IMG/VR virus record: IMGVR_UViG_3300008108_000264
Source: an uncultured virus (IMG/VR IMGVR_UViG_3300008108_000264)
Taxonomy: Duplodnaviria > Heunggongvirae > Uroviricota > Caudoviricetes
Length of the DNA: 64,000 bases
Strand: one strand, 5' to 3'
Under the pieces are notes generated by a model. That model was not told the DNA's origin. It saw only the letters and a program-made list of their open reading frames with translations, and searched no databases. The position numbers and the translations under genes are program-made. Within the stretch, counting starts at the first letter, position 1. Every line of letters begins with the position of its first letter. Below are positions 32,101 through 41,800 of the stretch, in pieces.

Positions 32101-35100
32101 TTGTTAGTAATGGCATTTCATTATCTTCACTTTCGTATAAAGCTATTCTAGCTTTACTATAGTCAAATAAATGAGAAACATCAACTGATATATTATCATG
32201 GTCAAAACCGGCATATATTTCTTCTTCACTAGAAGTAAAAATATCTATTTCGCTATCAAGTTCTATTTTAATATTAGTTGATATATTAGATAATTGTGCA
32301 TCTGTTACACTTTTAAGTAAACTTCTATTTTCAATATCTCTAGCAAATAAACTAATAAAAGAATTTTCTATTTCTTTTTTACTCATTCCTACAAGATCTT
32401 GAAGTCCTTCAATCTCATCAGTAGATTCCCAAACATTATTACGTAAAGCAGTATTAACTTTTTCAAGAATATCAGAATAATCTTGATAAATTTCTGCTGG
32501 TAAATATTTAATGAATGATGAATTTTTAAACTGCATACCATCTTTAACTATAGTATAATAGAATAAATTATCAGCAAACTGTCTAATTTTACCATCAGTA
32601 CTAGACATAAGTTCACGGAAACCGTTAACAATACGTTTTCTAAGATCAGGATCAATCTTCTTACGAGTATCTGCAGTAATTAAATCTAAGTTTATAGATA
32701 TACCATACGGGTTATTACTAAAAAGATTAATATCATCAGAAGCTATTTTATTAACTTCAGATCTAATAGTTTTAATAAATATATTATTTTTAATTGCATC
32801 AGATACATTAGGATCAGAATCATTTAATAAATCTTCTAATTGTTGTGACAAAGTTTTACTTAACATTTCATTAGGTAGATTAGGATCTACTAAATTAGTA
32901 TAAAGTAATTCAGGACCAAATGGAACTCTTTCACCTCGTCTTACAAATGAATTTCTATAAGCATTTAAAGTTAAGAATGATGATAAATCTTTCTTAATTT
33001 GCTTAAGACTATTAGCTCTATCTTTAATACCTAATCGTAAATTTTCAACTATTTTGTTGAATACTCCATCAAAGAAATCAGTTTGACTGATAACAAATTC
33101 TTTACTTATTTCATTTATCTTTAAAAAATGAATAAGCATTTGTTTCATATCTTGATTTTCTTCTAATACATCTTGAATATCATATATAGCATTTGAAGAT
33201 TTAGATAACTTTGTATAGTAAGAAGAACCTTTTAATAAAGCTTCTGTATCTATTTGGAAAGTATCAATCATATCCCACAAGTTTTGTAACTCATAGAATG
33301 ATGATGGTAAACCTTGATTCAAACGTAATAAAGCATTAATTGAAGAAAACGTTTTAGACTGTTTTTGTAATTTATCAAAAGCTTTAATAACATGACTTTG
33401 AGTAACTATAGCAGAATATAATTCTTTTAGTTCATTTAAGTTTTTAATACTTTTAGCTTTATCAATAAAACCAGTCGTTGTTTCATTTAAATAATCTATA
33501 CCTGAATCTTTAAAAGTTTTAATTGAATTAAATAACTCTAAAGAATTTAAAGATATATCATCTAAATCTTCATTTTTTAATGATTGAGTTTGAAGTTTAA
33601 CAAAATCTGTAAATGACATTTTGCTATTATTATAATTAACAGTATCAAGACTTTTATCATTTTTAATAGCATTTAATATTTCATTTTCAAGAGCTGCTCG
33701 AATTTCTTCATACTTCTTCTGAATAGTTTTAATTTCATTTAAATTTTCTGCATTTCTTATATCATCACTAGACATAACTGCAGAAGTTTTAGATGAATTC
33801 AACTTATTAAATTCATATAAAGCAGGTTGATTAGCTAATAACATTGATCTGTTTGTACCAATACCTAATGACATTAAATATGTATATGTACCTAATGTAT
33901 TAAGACTAAGGTTTAATTTAAACGCATCACCATGTTTAGCATTATCTGTCATTGCTGCTAATAATAAAGATATCTCGGCCATTATCCTTTTATCTTTAAA
34001 TATTTTAGGTTTACCCTCTGCATCAACTTCAAGATTAATTTGATACTCACCTTCGTCAGTAAGAACAATATTAAAACCTATATCTTCAGATTCATAAGAA
34101 CTTAAATTATCATAAGTTTTACCATCAAAAATAATTGCAGATTTAGTCATATTTGTTTTTGAGCGAGCTAGTACAGCTTTAACAATGTTAGTAATAGCAA
34201 CAGGACCAATAAGTTGAGCACCAAGTTTATTAGCTTCCTTTGCTTGCATTTTACCTTCAGCACTATTGTATAAAAAGTCATCAATATTTCTTCCTGTTAG
34301 TAGTAACATAGTTTTAGATAATCCAATATTTGTACTATTTTCTTTTCCATCACCATGAAACGGTTCTAAATCAGTAGATTCATATCTAACTTTATCCATT
34401 CCAGAATTTAAATATAGTAAACTTACCATATCTACAATTTCATTATTTATAGCAGAGTTATTTAATCTCTTATAGTGAGGATGATTTAAAAACTCTTCTA
34501 GTGAAGAAGGTAATTTATTCATCCTCATTGCTATTAATAATGCTTGTAAATTATAAGTTGATACTAATTTTTTCTGTTCACTAAGTAGTTTAAAAAGTTC
34601 AGCAATACGTTGATTTTTAGGTTTTACTTCTTCTATTAATTCATTACGAGCATCTCTTACAGACTGCAATTGATTCCATTTCTGATTTTTATTTCTAGAA
34701 ATGTTAACTGCACTATCGTATCCTCGTCCTTCTATAACAGAATTTCTAAATTCTCTTATTGTATTTTTTGCTTCTCTATAAATTTTTGTTTTTAATTTAT
34801 AATGTTCTTTACTATTAGTTAATTTAACGTTAACACCTTTATTATTAATTGCATTCTTAATTTTTTCACTTAAGATTAAATTAATTTCAGATGTTACTTT
34901 TTCTAACTCTTTAACAACTGGATACTTTTCTTTAAGTTTAGCAGCTTTATCTTTAATTTGACTTAATTGATAAAGAGCTTGTTCAGCAATTTTTTCTCCT
35001 TTTTCTGTTAAGTTTAACATATCAACATATGATTCTAAACCTTGTCTGGTAGTATCATTAATTTTATCAGTATTAGATAATGAATTAAGTATATCAATAT

Positions 35101-38100
35101 ATTTACTGAAGTCATCATTATTAGGTTGTTGTTCTTCTAAGTAATCAGTATACTCTTTAGAACTTGATAATTCCCATTCTTGTTTTGATAGTTTACTTAA
35201 CTCATCATGTTCTTCTTTACTAAATCTTTTAAATATATTATTTGCATCACTAATAAATCTTGTACTTTCATTATCAGGTAATGAATTTAATTCGAAATCA
35301 ATGTTAACATTTAATAAATTAACAGTTTCTAAATCTGATTTAAAACCTATATATTCATTTCTAAGTTTTTCATCTTCTTGTTTTAGAAGTTTAATTTCTT
35401 TACCTATTTCATCAGCTTCATTCCTAATAGTTTCTAATTCAGTTCTAAGCTCTTTTACAAGCTTATCATTTTCATAAAATACATTTACACCTTTATATTG
35501 TTCTCCAATAAGTATAGCTTTAGCTTCTTCTAAATCAAATCTAACATTTGAATTGTCTTTAGCTATATGCTTAATATACTCTTCAAATAAATGCATATTA
35601 AGTATTTCATCATCGGATATTTCAGGAAGATTATTAGGATTATACATAGATCTTAATTCTTTAATAGTATATTCTCCATATACATGGAAATTAGTGTTAC
35701 CTTTATCATCAGTAGTAGTATAAAAATCTTTAAGTAATGTATACTTAGAGTCAATGTCAAAGTCCTCACCGGAGAATACCACTGTCTCTAAAGGTAATAC
35801 TGCAACGTCACCTAATGCAAGAGGAAGAAAATCGACTACTTTAAAAGAAATCATTGAACGTTTATCCTCAGTAGGAATACGAGTAGCAAACATTTGAAGT
35901 ATAGAATCTATAGCTTTTTTGTTTGTTTTATGTCTTCTGTAATCCTCTTCAGTAAGCTTATCACTAATAGCTTTAAACTCTTCTAAAGTTTTATAATCAA
36001 TTATGTCATTAGACTTTAGATTAAATATTTCTTTAGACCATGCTGGCATCATTACTTCAGAAACACTTGCTTGTTTAACAGTAGATAATAAAGATCTAAG
36101 TTTAGCATAATTAACTGTTACATTAGGATCAGTTTCTTCTAATTCTGTATAAGGACTAAATATATTTGTTAATATATATTCAACATCAGATTTAAATTCA
36201 TCAGATAACTTTTCAGTATTTGTACCTTCTCCACCTTCTCTATTTCCAGCAATGTTAATAGTTCCATGTGGTACTTTAGAAAGTAACTCTCTTAATTCTT
36301 CATCAGTATTAAAATCTTTTCCATATAAGAAGAAAGGTTTTCCATGTTTTTCTGCAAATTTTCTAGTAGATATTAAACCTGCTGAATCTTTAGCACCTTC
36401 TGAAAAATAAATAGTAACATCAGAATTAATTACATTTTGTTCTGTACGAGCATTATAATAACTAGATCCTTTTTTAGATTTAGGATTTTCAGCATCATAT
36501 CTATTTTGTAATTCATCTGATATTGCTACTACACCAAGTTCTTCAGCTAATTTTTTATTAGCGCCTTTACCTTTTTCATTACCAAAATCAGATGTAGTTG
36601 TACCACCTATTTCTAAACCTCCTATTTCTTTAGCTAAAAGAAGACCAAGAGTATCAATACCAGTTTGTAAACCAGATATTACTTTATTAACACGAACTTT
36701 ATACTTTTCTTTAATAGGTTTTTTTGTTCTAGAATCTATTAATAAAGATGTTTTAAGTCTAATGTATTCTCTAAGTAATTCATTATTACGTGATAAAAAA
36801 ACTAACATGTTATTATCAAATACTTCATCAGTAACTTTTTTATCATTAAGTTCATTTATAATTAAGTTAAATAAGTCAGAAGATACATCATCTTGAGTTA
36901 TTAATTTATCACCTATTCTAAATCCTTGTAATTGATCTGATTCACTCCATCTAAGTCTTCTAGTCTTATATTCTTTTTTAAGACTCCATTTACCTGTATC
37001 TTTATTTTTCTCATAATACTTTTCAGGATTCTCATCAATAGATAATCTTGTAATTACATTATCATTTTGATCAACAATAACTTCATTACCATAATCAGAT
37101 ATTAATGATACTTTTCTACCTGGTACTACTTGTTGTAATACATTCTTAGAGAAATGTGCTAAAAATTGCTGTTCAAACTTTTCAGCAATAGCAGGAATAT
37201 TAAAGTTATATTTACTTGATTTTCCATCAACACTAAATTCTCTAAAGAAGTCAAGTAAGACTTCATCTGATCCACTATTTAATAGTACTTGTTTAATCTT
37301 CTTTTGAAAATTAACCATATCTCTTTGAAACTTACCATCTCCATCAAAGTAACCTAATACAGAAATAGCATGTTCAACAGAGTTTCTTACTCTATCTGTT
37401 AAAGCTTGACGATACTTTTTAACTACATCACTAATCTCATAAACTTCTCCTCTAATAGCAGCCAGTCTACTTTTATCTTGTTCATTATCAATGATCTGTA
37501 AAAGTTGTGACATAAATGTAATCTTAGTTTTACCAGAAGGAGTTTCTACTTGTAGTCTCCAAAATTCATTTTTACGTTTAGATGTATTATAAGAAAAATC
37601 ATGATAGCCATTAACATCAGTAGCAACAACAGGAGTAATAAGTTTAGATGCAGATTTAGGTAGTACTTCATCAATACTATTTAATTGCATATTTACTCTC
37701 ATGTTATGTAATACTTTGTGATTATCTCTAGGTTCCCATAATGTTTCATATTCATCCCATAATCTTTTTACTTTATCTTTAACATCAGAATTATTTTTTC
37801 TAAATCCAACAGAAGCTTCTAATTCTTTAATCTTAGATTTAAGTTCATTAGCTTTAGCTTGATTTTCTTTTGGTAACCATGATGTTAGTTCTCTTATTAA
37901 TATAGCATAAGAAAGTTTATGATATATTTCTCCATCAAAATAAACACCCTTAACAGAATTAAATGTAGCATTTAAACTATCAAGTTTTTTTAATTCGTCC
38001 CAAGTTAGTTTTTCACCAAACCTAATCTTATCAATTATAGGTTTAATGGAATCTCCTAGTTTACCATTTCTCTTTAAAATAAAAATAAATCTATCAGTAC

Positions 38101-38854
38101 TCATATGAGCTTGACCATCATCTCTATTTATCTTTTCTTTTTTACCTGTTACAATATCATATTCTTGTTCCTGTTCATCTCTATAAGCAACAGTAAATTC
38201 TCCTTGACCAGCATTAGGACCAAAAGCTAGAGAACCAGCATTACGCTTAACAGCATCTGTTTCGTTTTTACGGATACGAGGATCTTTATCAATTAGAAGA
38301 TTATAAGATAATGAGTTAATAAAATCATTAAAATAAAAATCACCAATAAAGTCTTCTACGTTCTTATATTTATTTTCATCAAATGGTACTAAAAGATTAT
38401 CAATTTTACCATCAGTTGATTTACTAATTATTTTATAACTAGATAATCTATTATGATAATTATTTAAATCTTTAGTAAACATTTCACGAATAGCATCCTT
38501 TATCTCTTTTTCTATTTGAGTAGGACTATTTCTTTTAATTGTAGCTTCAAGTTTTGATTTTTTATTTAATTCATCTGGTGTTAAATCTTTTGTCTTTTCT
38601 AATAACATCATGTTTGCTAGTTCTTTACGAGCTTTAACATAAGATTTTAAATTATTAGAATATTTCATAAGTTCTTTAAAATTCCATAAATCAAAACCTC
38701 TACCTACACCTTTAAGTGAGCCATCTTTATTTCTTTTTAAATTACCTTTACCATCAGTTTGTATATGAAAATCTTCATATAGAATAGGTCCAGTATAACC
38801 TTCAGATAGAATATTTTTTATTTCCTGTTTTCTTTTGATATCTTCACCTTGTAG
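29129..38854 (-). CDS. Virion-packaged single-chain two-barrel DNA-dependent RNA polymerase, main part (track ORF to 38668; frame open to 38854)
   Basis: RIPTEDKRSM followed by catalytic GEDFDID (35750-35764), as in crAss-like phage RNAPs; also AAMTDNAK. Contains an inserted SLOG-like domain and a C-terminal ASCH-like segment. Confidence 0.9.
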   Translation of the reverse strand, partial: LQGEDIKRKQEIKNILSEGYTGPILYEDFHIQTDGKGNLKRNKDGSLKGVGRGFDLWNFKELMKYSNNLKSYVKARKELANMMLLEKTKDLTPDELNKKSKLEATIKRNSPTQIEKEIKDAIREMFTKDLNNYHNRLSSYKIISKSTDGKIDNLLVPFDENKYKNVEDFIGDFYFNDFINSLSYNLLIDKDPRIRKNETDAVKRNAGSLAFGPNAGQGEFTVAYRDEQEQEYDIVTGKKEKINRDDGQAHMSTDRFIFILKRNGKLGDSIKPIIDKIRFGEKLTWDELKKLDSLNATFNSVKGVYFDGEIYHKLSYAILIRELTSWLPKENQAKANELKSKIKELEASVGFRKNNSDVKDKVKRLWDEYETLWEPRDNHKVLHNMRVNMQLNSIDEVLPKSASKLITPVVATDVNGYHDFSYNTSKRKNEFWRLQVETPSGKTKITFMSQLLQIIDNEQDKSRLAAIRGEVYEISDVVKKYRQALTDRVRNSVEHAISVLGYFDGDGKFQRDMVNFQKKIKQVLLNSGSDEVLLDFFREFSVDGKSSKYNFNIPAIAEKFEQQFLAHFSKNVLQQVVPGRKVSLISDYGNEVIVDQNDNVITRLSIDENPEKYYEKNKDTGKWSLKKEYKTRRLRWSESDQLQGFRIGDKLITQDDVSSDLFNLIINELNDKKVTDEVFDNNMLVFLSRNNELLREYIRLKTSLLIDSRTKKPIKEKYKVRVNKVISGLQTGIDTLGLLLAKEIGGLEIGGTTTSDFGNEKGKGANKKLAEELGVVAISDELQNRYDAENPKSKKGSSYYNARTEQNVINSDVTIYFSEGAKDSAGLISTRKFAEKHGKPFFLYGKDFNTDEELRELLSKVPHGTINIAGNREGGEGTNTEKLSDEFKSDVEYILTNIFSPYTELEETDPNVTVNYAKLRSLLSTVKQASVSEVMMPAWSKEIFNLKSNDIIDYKTLEEFKAISDKLTEEDYRRHKTNKKAIDSILQMFATRIPTEDKRSMISFKVVDFLPLALGDVAVLPLETVVFSGEDFDIDSKYTLLKDFYTTTDDKGNTNFHVYGEYTIKELRSMYNPNNLPEISDDEILNMHLFEEYIKHIAKDNSNVRFDLEEAKAILIGEQYKGVNVFYENDKLVKELRTELETIRNEADEIGKEIKLLKQEDEKLRNEYIGFKSDLETVNLLNVNIDFELNSLPDNESTRFISDANNIFKRFSKEEHDELSKLSKQEWELSSSKEYTDYLEEQQPNNDDFSKYIDILNSLSNTDKINDTTRQGLESYVDMLNLTEKGEKIAEQALYQLSQIKDKAAKLKEKYPVVKELEKVTSEINLILSEKIKNAINNKGVNVKLTNSKEHYKLKTKIYREAKNTIREFRNSVIEGRGYDSAVNISRNKNQKWNQLQSVRDARNELIEEVKPKNQRIAELFKLLSEQKKLVSTYNLQALLIAMRMNKLPSSLEEFLNHPHYKRLNNSAINNEIVDMVSLLYLNSGMDKVRYESTDLEPFHGDGKENSTNIGLSKTMLLLTGRNIDDFLYNSAEGKMQAKEANKLGAQLIGPVAITNIVKAVLARSKTNMTKSAIIFDGKTYDNLSSYESEDIGFNIVLTDEGEYQINLEVDAEGKPKIFKDKRIMAEISLLLAAMTDNAKHGDAFKLNLSLNTLGTYTYLMSLGIGTNRSMLLANQPALYEFNKLNSSKTSAVMSSDDIRNAENLNEIKTIQKKYEEIRAALENEILNAIKNDKSLDTVNYNNSKMSFTDFVKLQTQSLKNEDLDDISLNSLELFNSIKTFKDSGIDYLNETTTGFIDKAKSIKNLNELKELYSAIVTQSHVIKAFDKLQKQSKTFSSINALLRLNQGLPSSFYELQNLWDMIDTFQIDTEALLKGSSYYTKLSKSSNAIYDIQDVLEENQDMKQMLIHFLKINEISKEFVISQTDFFDGVFNKIVENLRLGIKDRANSLKQIKKDLSSFLTLNAYRNSFVRRGERVPFGPELLYTNLVDPNLPNEMLSKTLSQQLEDLLNDSDPNVSDAIKNNIFIKTIRSEVNKIASDDINLFSNNPYGISINLDLITADTRKKIDPDLRKRIVNGFRELMSSTDGKIRQFADNLFYYTIVKDGMQFKNSSFIKYLPAEIYQDYSDILEKVNTALRNNVWESTDEIEGLQDLVGMSKKEIENSFISLFARDIENRSLLKSVTDAQLSNISTNIKIELDSEIDIFTSSEEEIYAGFDHDNISVDVSHLFDYSKARIALYESEDNEMPLLTTIYKSGLLDQIDNKNLYEIFEKFLDSQEQKSIRKLIGYSNKNEFNNILSKEKNISNTEVAKKVKSELTSVINPIVKNTPFNGVYDKNGLVIGLEFPLFFVMEKQPPRPDFDNMTEEEQIAYEKRKIEYETFVLVSFDGMPSDVKDKVTLDELEEKNKYKYKGRKAVYVKVDNIHTSIYNYLYTPQEYKHLMLRLVEMQKKVIAPLSQLLNKDGVKADIQLDSLTQIGEVFAESKDSFAYNLEMTENPQLPGGSLLKVVEDFKKDGDTTNSFSKSEEKLLSKRMFGNERYKLINDSTLSVNLLSDSDKNHLKNENVLIKPVTNKDVLSKLDLKIGETALITINNVVYKVTSKGVTTPYDIVSQLGLDKKNIKSELSPFISEYNNDMNNWLGYDRTSDEYLPFKGKSTQIYQIQPYYEKEVSKVLENRNRPNYGVKEVITVFSDNLSNLKLHGLQIVDEVNTEGFIPKVAKLYMEKSPNIVVVFDNGSSETQASINIVVNNNVEEVADKVTNAQKGLFVIDTKGNMDEQIQDLKNFFIVNNIPNVYNKVMIIKSKNDNSDYTSYIKSALTNELQSVGLSQNLSVYFTVTKITNDLRKLGYLVKPDDILSKGTIDVLPSLLTKSEDGKKLYTYILQNADKIKAESDMYIRSRTVLSDKTESDLQNIVKKTRITKTLPHNMKHIEPDRNGLSMSPMRDDLVSQNIKTTYDAIISFLRTQTSRKFADISDMSVGEIVKITSKGRAPIYVKITNISDKSVNELLSEDYAKLGLKYDPNNLKIKDLQKSEYARNWSKKQGWDISYMMLNMDSIKDKYDVDFEYIPNIDQYARDTNQTITDNKFGFVINDEFGYNKNKALNANGFIGYTDVKSIKSKVNDYLRSASNQGIATNDNIIADSSSQIFVAVPANNTMSEDVKKKIINKAIEILNANGTLLMNNLVRANNEYNISGEGVILKELYERFNNLTATNVVNYTEYSLSNFEKDLETDGQVNKDCK

Positions 38855-41800
38855 CTAATTCTAATTGTAAGTTAAGTCTTTCTTCAGAATTATTTTGTCT
38901 GCTCATAAAATCTAATAAAGACTCTATACCTTCATTTAATTCATTCTCAACCCTATCAATTAAACTTATCTCAGATAACAATAAATCAAATATTGTATCA
39001 ACAGCAGAATCAGTCATACCACCATTTTCTAAATCAAAAAACTTATCGTTATTTCTTACATTATTAACAGGTAATTGTATAGCTTCATCAGTTGATTTAG
39101 TTTCAAATATTTTAGGTATAAAATAAGAGGACTCAACTTCTGTAACTAGACCAGCTTCATTTTTAATCTTTTTAACTTTTCTTTCTTTAAATAAAGTTAG
39201 TTGAAGAAGATTAAGAGATTTAAAGTCAATTGTTTTTGATGTAACACCTTTACCTTCTTTAGTAGTAGACCTACTAAAACCTTCAATAATTTTACCTTTT
39301 TCATCTCTAGGTTTAAGAGGCGTTTGTCTTAAATCACCTGTATTCTCAAATTTAAAATCTTTAAAAATAGACTCAGTCATAGCTTGAGTACCAGAAAGTA
39401 AATAGTTATTTTTAACTGTTCCAGGATATTTAGCTGCTAATTTATCTCTTTTAGCTTTATCTCTAAGTCTTCGTGTAGCAACACTCTGATAAGATTTTAA
39501 TACGTGAGAGTATCTTTGATTTTGATTAGCATCTTGAAAACTTGATTCAGTAACAGTTTCATCAAATAAAGCATTAGCATTAGCTATCTTTTTAATAAAA
39601 CCTAATACATCTTCTACTTTAGTTTCTGTTTTATTATTTTCATCTAGATATTCTCTATCAGGAAATGGTATGTAAATATTACGATATTCATTAGGATTAA
39701 TTTGAAACTTACTTGAATCTCTACCTTGTTCTCTTAATTTTTGAACTTTAAATTCATAATAATTTTTAAGATCAGTAACTTGTTCGTCACTTTTAAACAT
39801 TATTTTTTTAATCTGATCTAAACTATTTTTAGTTAAACCTTCTGCAATTTTATTTTCATCTTGAGATTTAACTAATAATTCTTTAAAAGAAGTATAAAAG
39901 TTTTGATCTTTTTTTGGTATTAATACTTTAAATAAATCAACATTTTCATTGTAAAAATTATCAAGAATACTAAAAATGATTAAACCTTCAGATAAAGTCA
40001 TTCCTGTAAGTTTTTCAAAACTAGGTATATTTAATTCTGTATCTTTTTTCTGTACTTTAAATCCTTCATTAAACTTTGTAATTACATCTTTAAATATTTT
40101 TTTATATTCAACTGAATTACCATTTGCATTTTTAATTAAAATTAAAGAATCTTCAAAAATTAAATCTTCTAAAGCTTTAAAATATCTGTCATACAACGCT
40201 CTTTGTTTAGGATCATTTAAAATATCACTTAATTTATTATTATCCCAATTTGCATACCAATCTTTTATCTGTACTTGATCTACATCTTCATTAAGAGCAT
40301 TAATTACTATACTTTGTCTTGTATCTGAATCAATAAGTGTTTGTAAATAACTTAATTTTTCTTTATCAAAAGTAATTCTAAACAAATTAACTAATTGATG
40401 TTCGTTATCATATTCATCAGAATTATGTTTAGTAATTTCTTTAAGAGCTTGATAAACAGCTCTGGACATGTCATTTCCATATTCAACAAATTTTTCAAAC
40501 TCATCCATAACATCAGTAAAGTCTTTTGATGCTAATGATTTTATCAAACCATTATATACTACAGAACCATCTACAGATTTAAATATTTTTCTACCTGTAT
40601 ATTCATCTTCTACTTCATAAGTAACAAGACTCATAAATTCTCTTAGCTGATTAGGAATCATATCAAATCCACCAATTTCAACATTAGTGATATCTAACAT
40701 CTCTCTATTGTCAGCTTTATTCTCATCAAAGTAATCATCATCAAAAGGATTAAAATTAAATAACTTATATTTATCTTTTAATCCATCTAGTATTACATCA
40801 ATGTTATGTTTATTTTCTTCATTATTAACATTGAATATTTCTTGTATTTTTATTAATTCATTATACTTTTTATCAGCAGCAGCATCACCTTTTTTCTCAG
40901 CTATAATATTTATTATTTCTGAATTCTCTTCACTATCAGGATTATAAAAATTAAACCTTTCTTCCATTACTTTATTAAAAACAGTAACTATATCAGGTTT
41001 AACATCAGATTGATCCTTACGTATTTCATGATAAACTAAAGCAGCAATATCACTAATTATTTTGTCAGTCTCTTGCTCTTTTGCGTAAACAATGGAAAGT
41101 GCTCCATTTTTATCTAAACCTTGATTATCCAATATGATTAATTGGAATGCTGGAATTTGTCTCATTTGTCTAACGAATCTATTAGGTGTGATAGTTTTAT
41201 TTTTAAACCTTTGATTGTTGATGTCATGAAATAAAGCGTCAACTTTACCTCTAACACCGATTAACTTAAGAAACGCGTTCATAAGTCTATTAAACAAATT
41301 AACAATTGATAAGTTACTAGTAGATGGTTTATTAGTTTTAGTAAAAGCTTGATATCTATCAGCTAAATACTCTTCATAAACTAACTGTTCTAGTTCTTGT
41401 TTTGATAAAGATTCATAATTACTTACTGAATCTCTTAACTTATCAATCTTATCATTAAGCTGTTTTTCAGAAAGATTCATTTCTTTCCTAGCTTCATTAA
41501 TATATAGATCTATTTCATTATCATTTAAGAACATTCTAAATACAGCATGAAATGCTTCATGATATTCTGTACCTTGTTCTGCAGCTTTTTCATTTAGGTA
41601 AATTAGATTATTAAAAAATAAACCAAATGGAACACCAGATACTTTCATGTTATCCATAACAGTTTCAATATCAGTAGATACTTCAACAGCATCTCCTAAT
41701 ATAGCTCTAATGTTTTCTTTTGCTTTATCTATTTTAATTCTAGATTCTTCAGGTGCAGCTTGTGGTTGTAAACTAAATGGTAACGCTTCATAATATGGAT

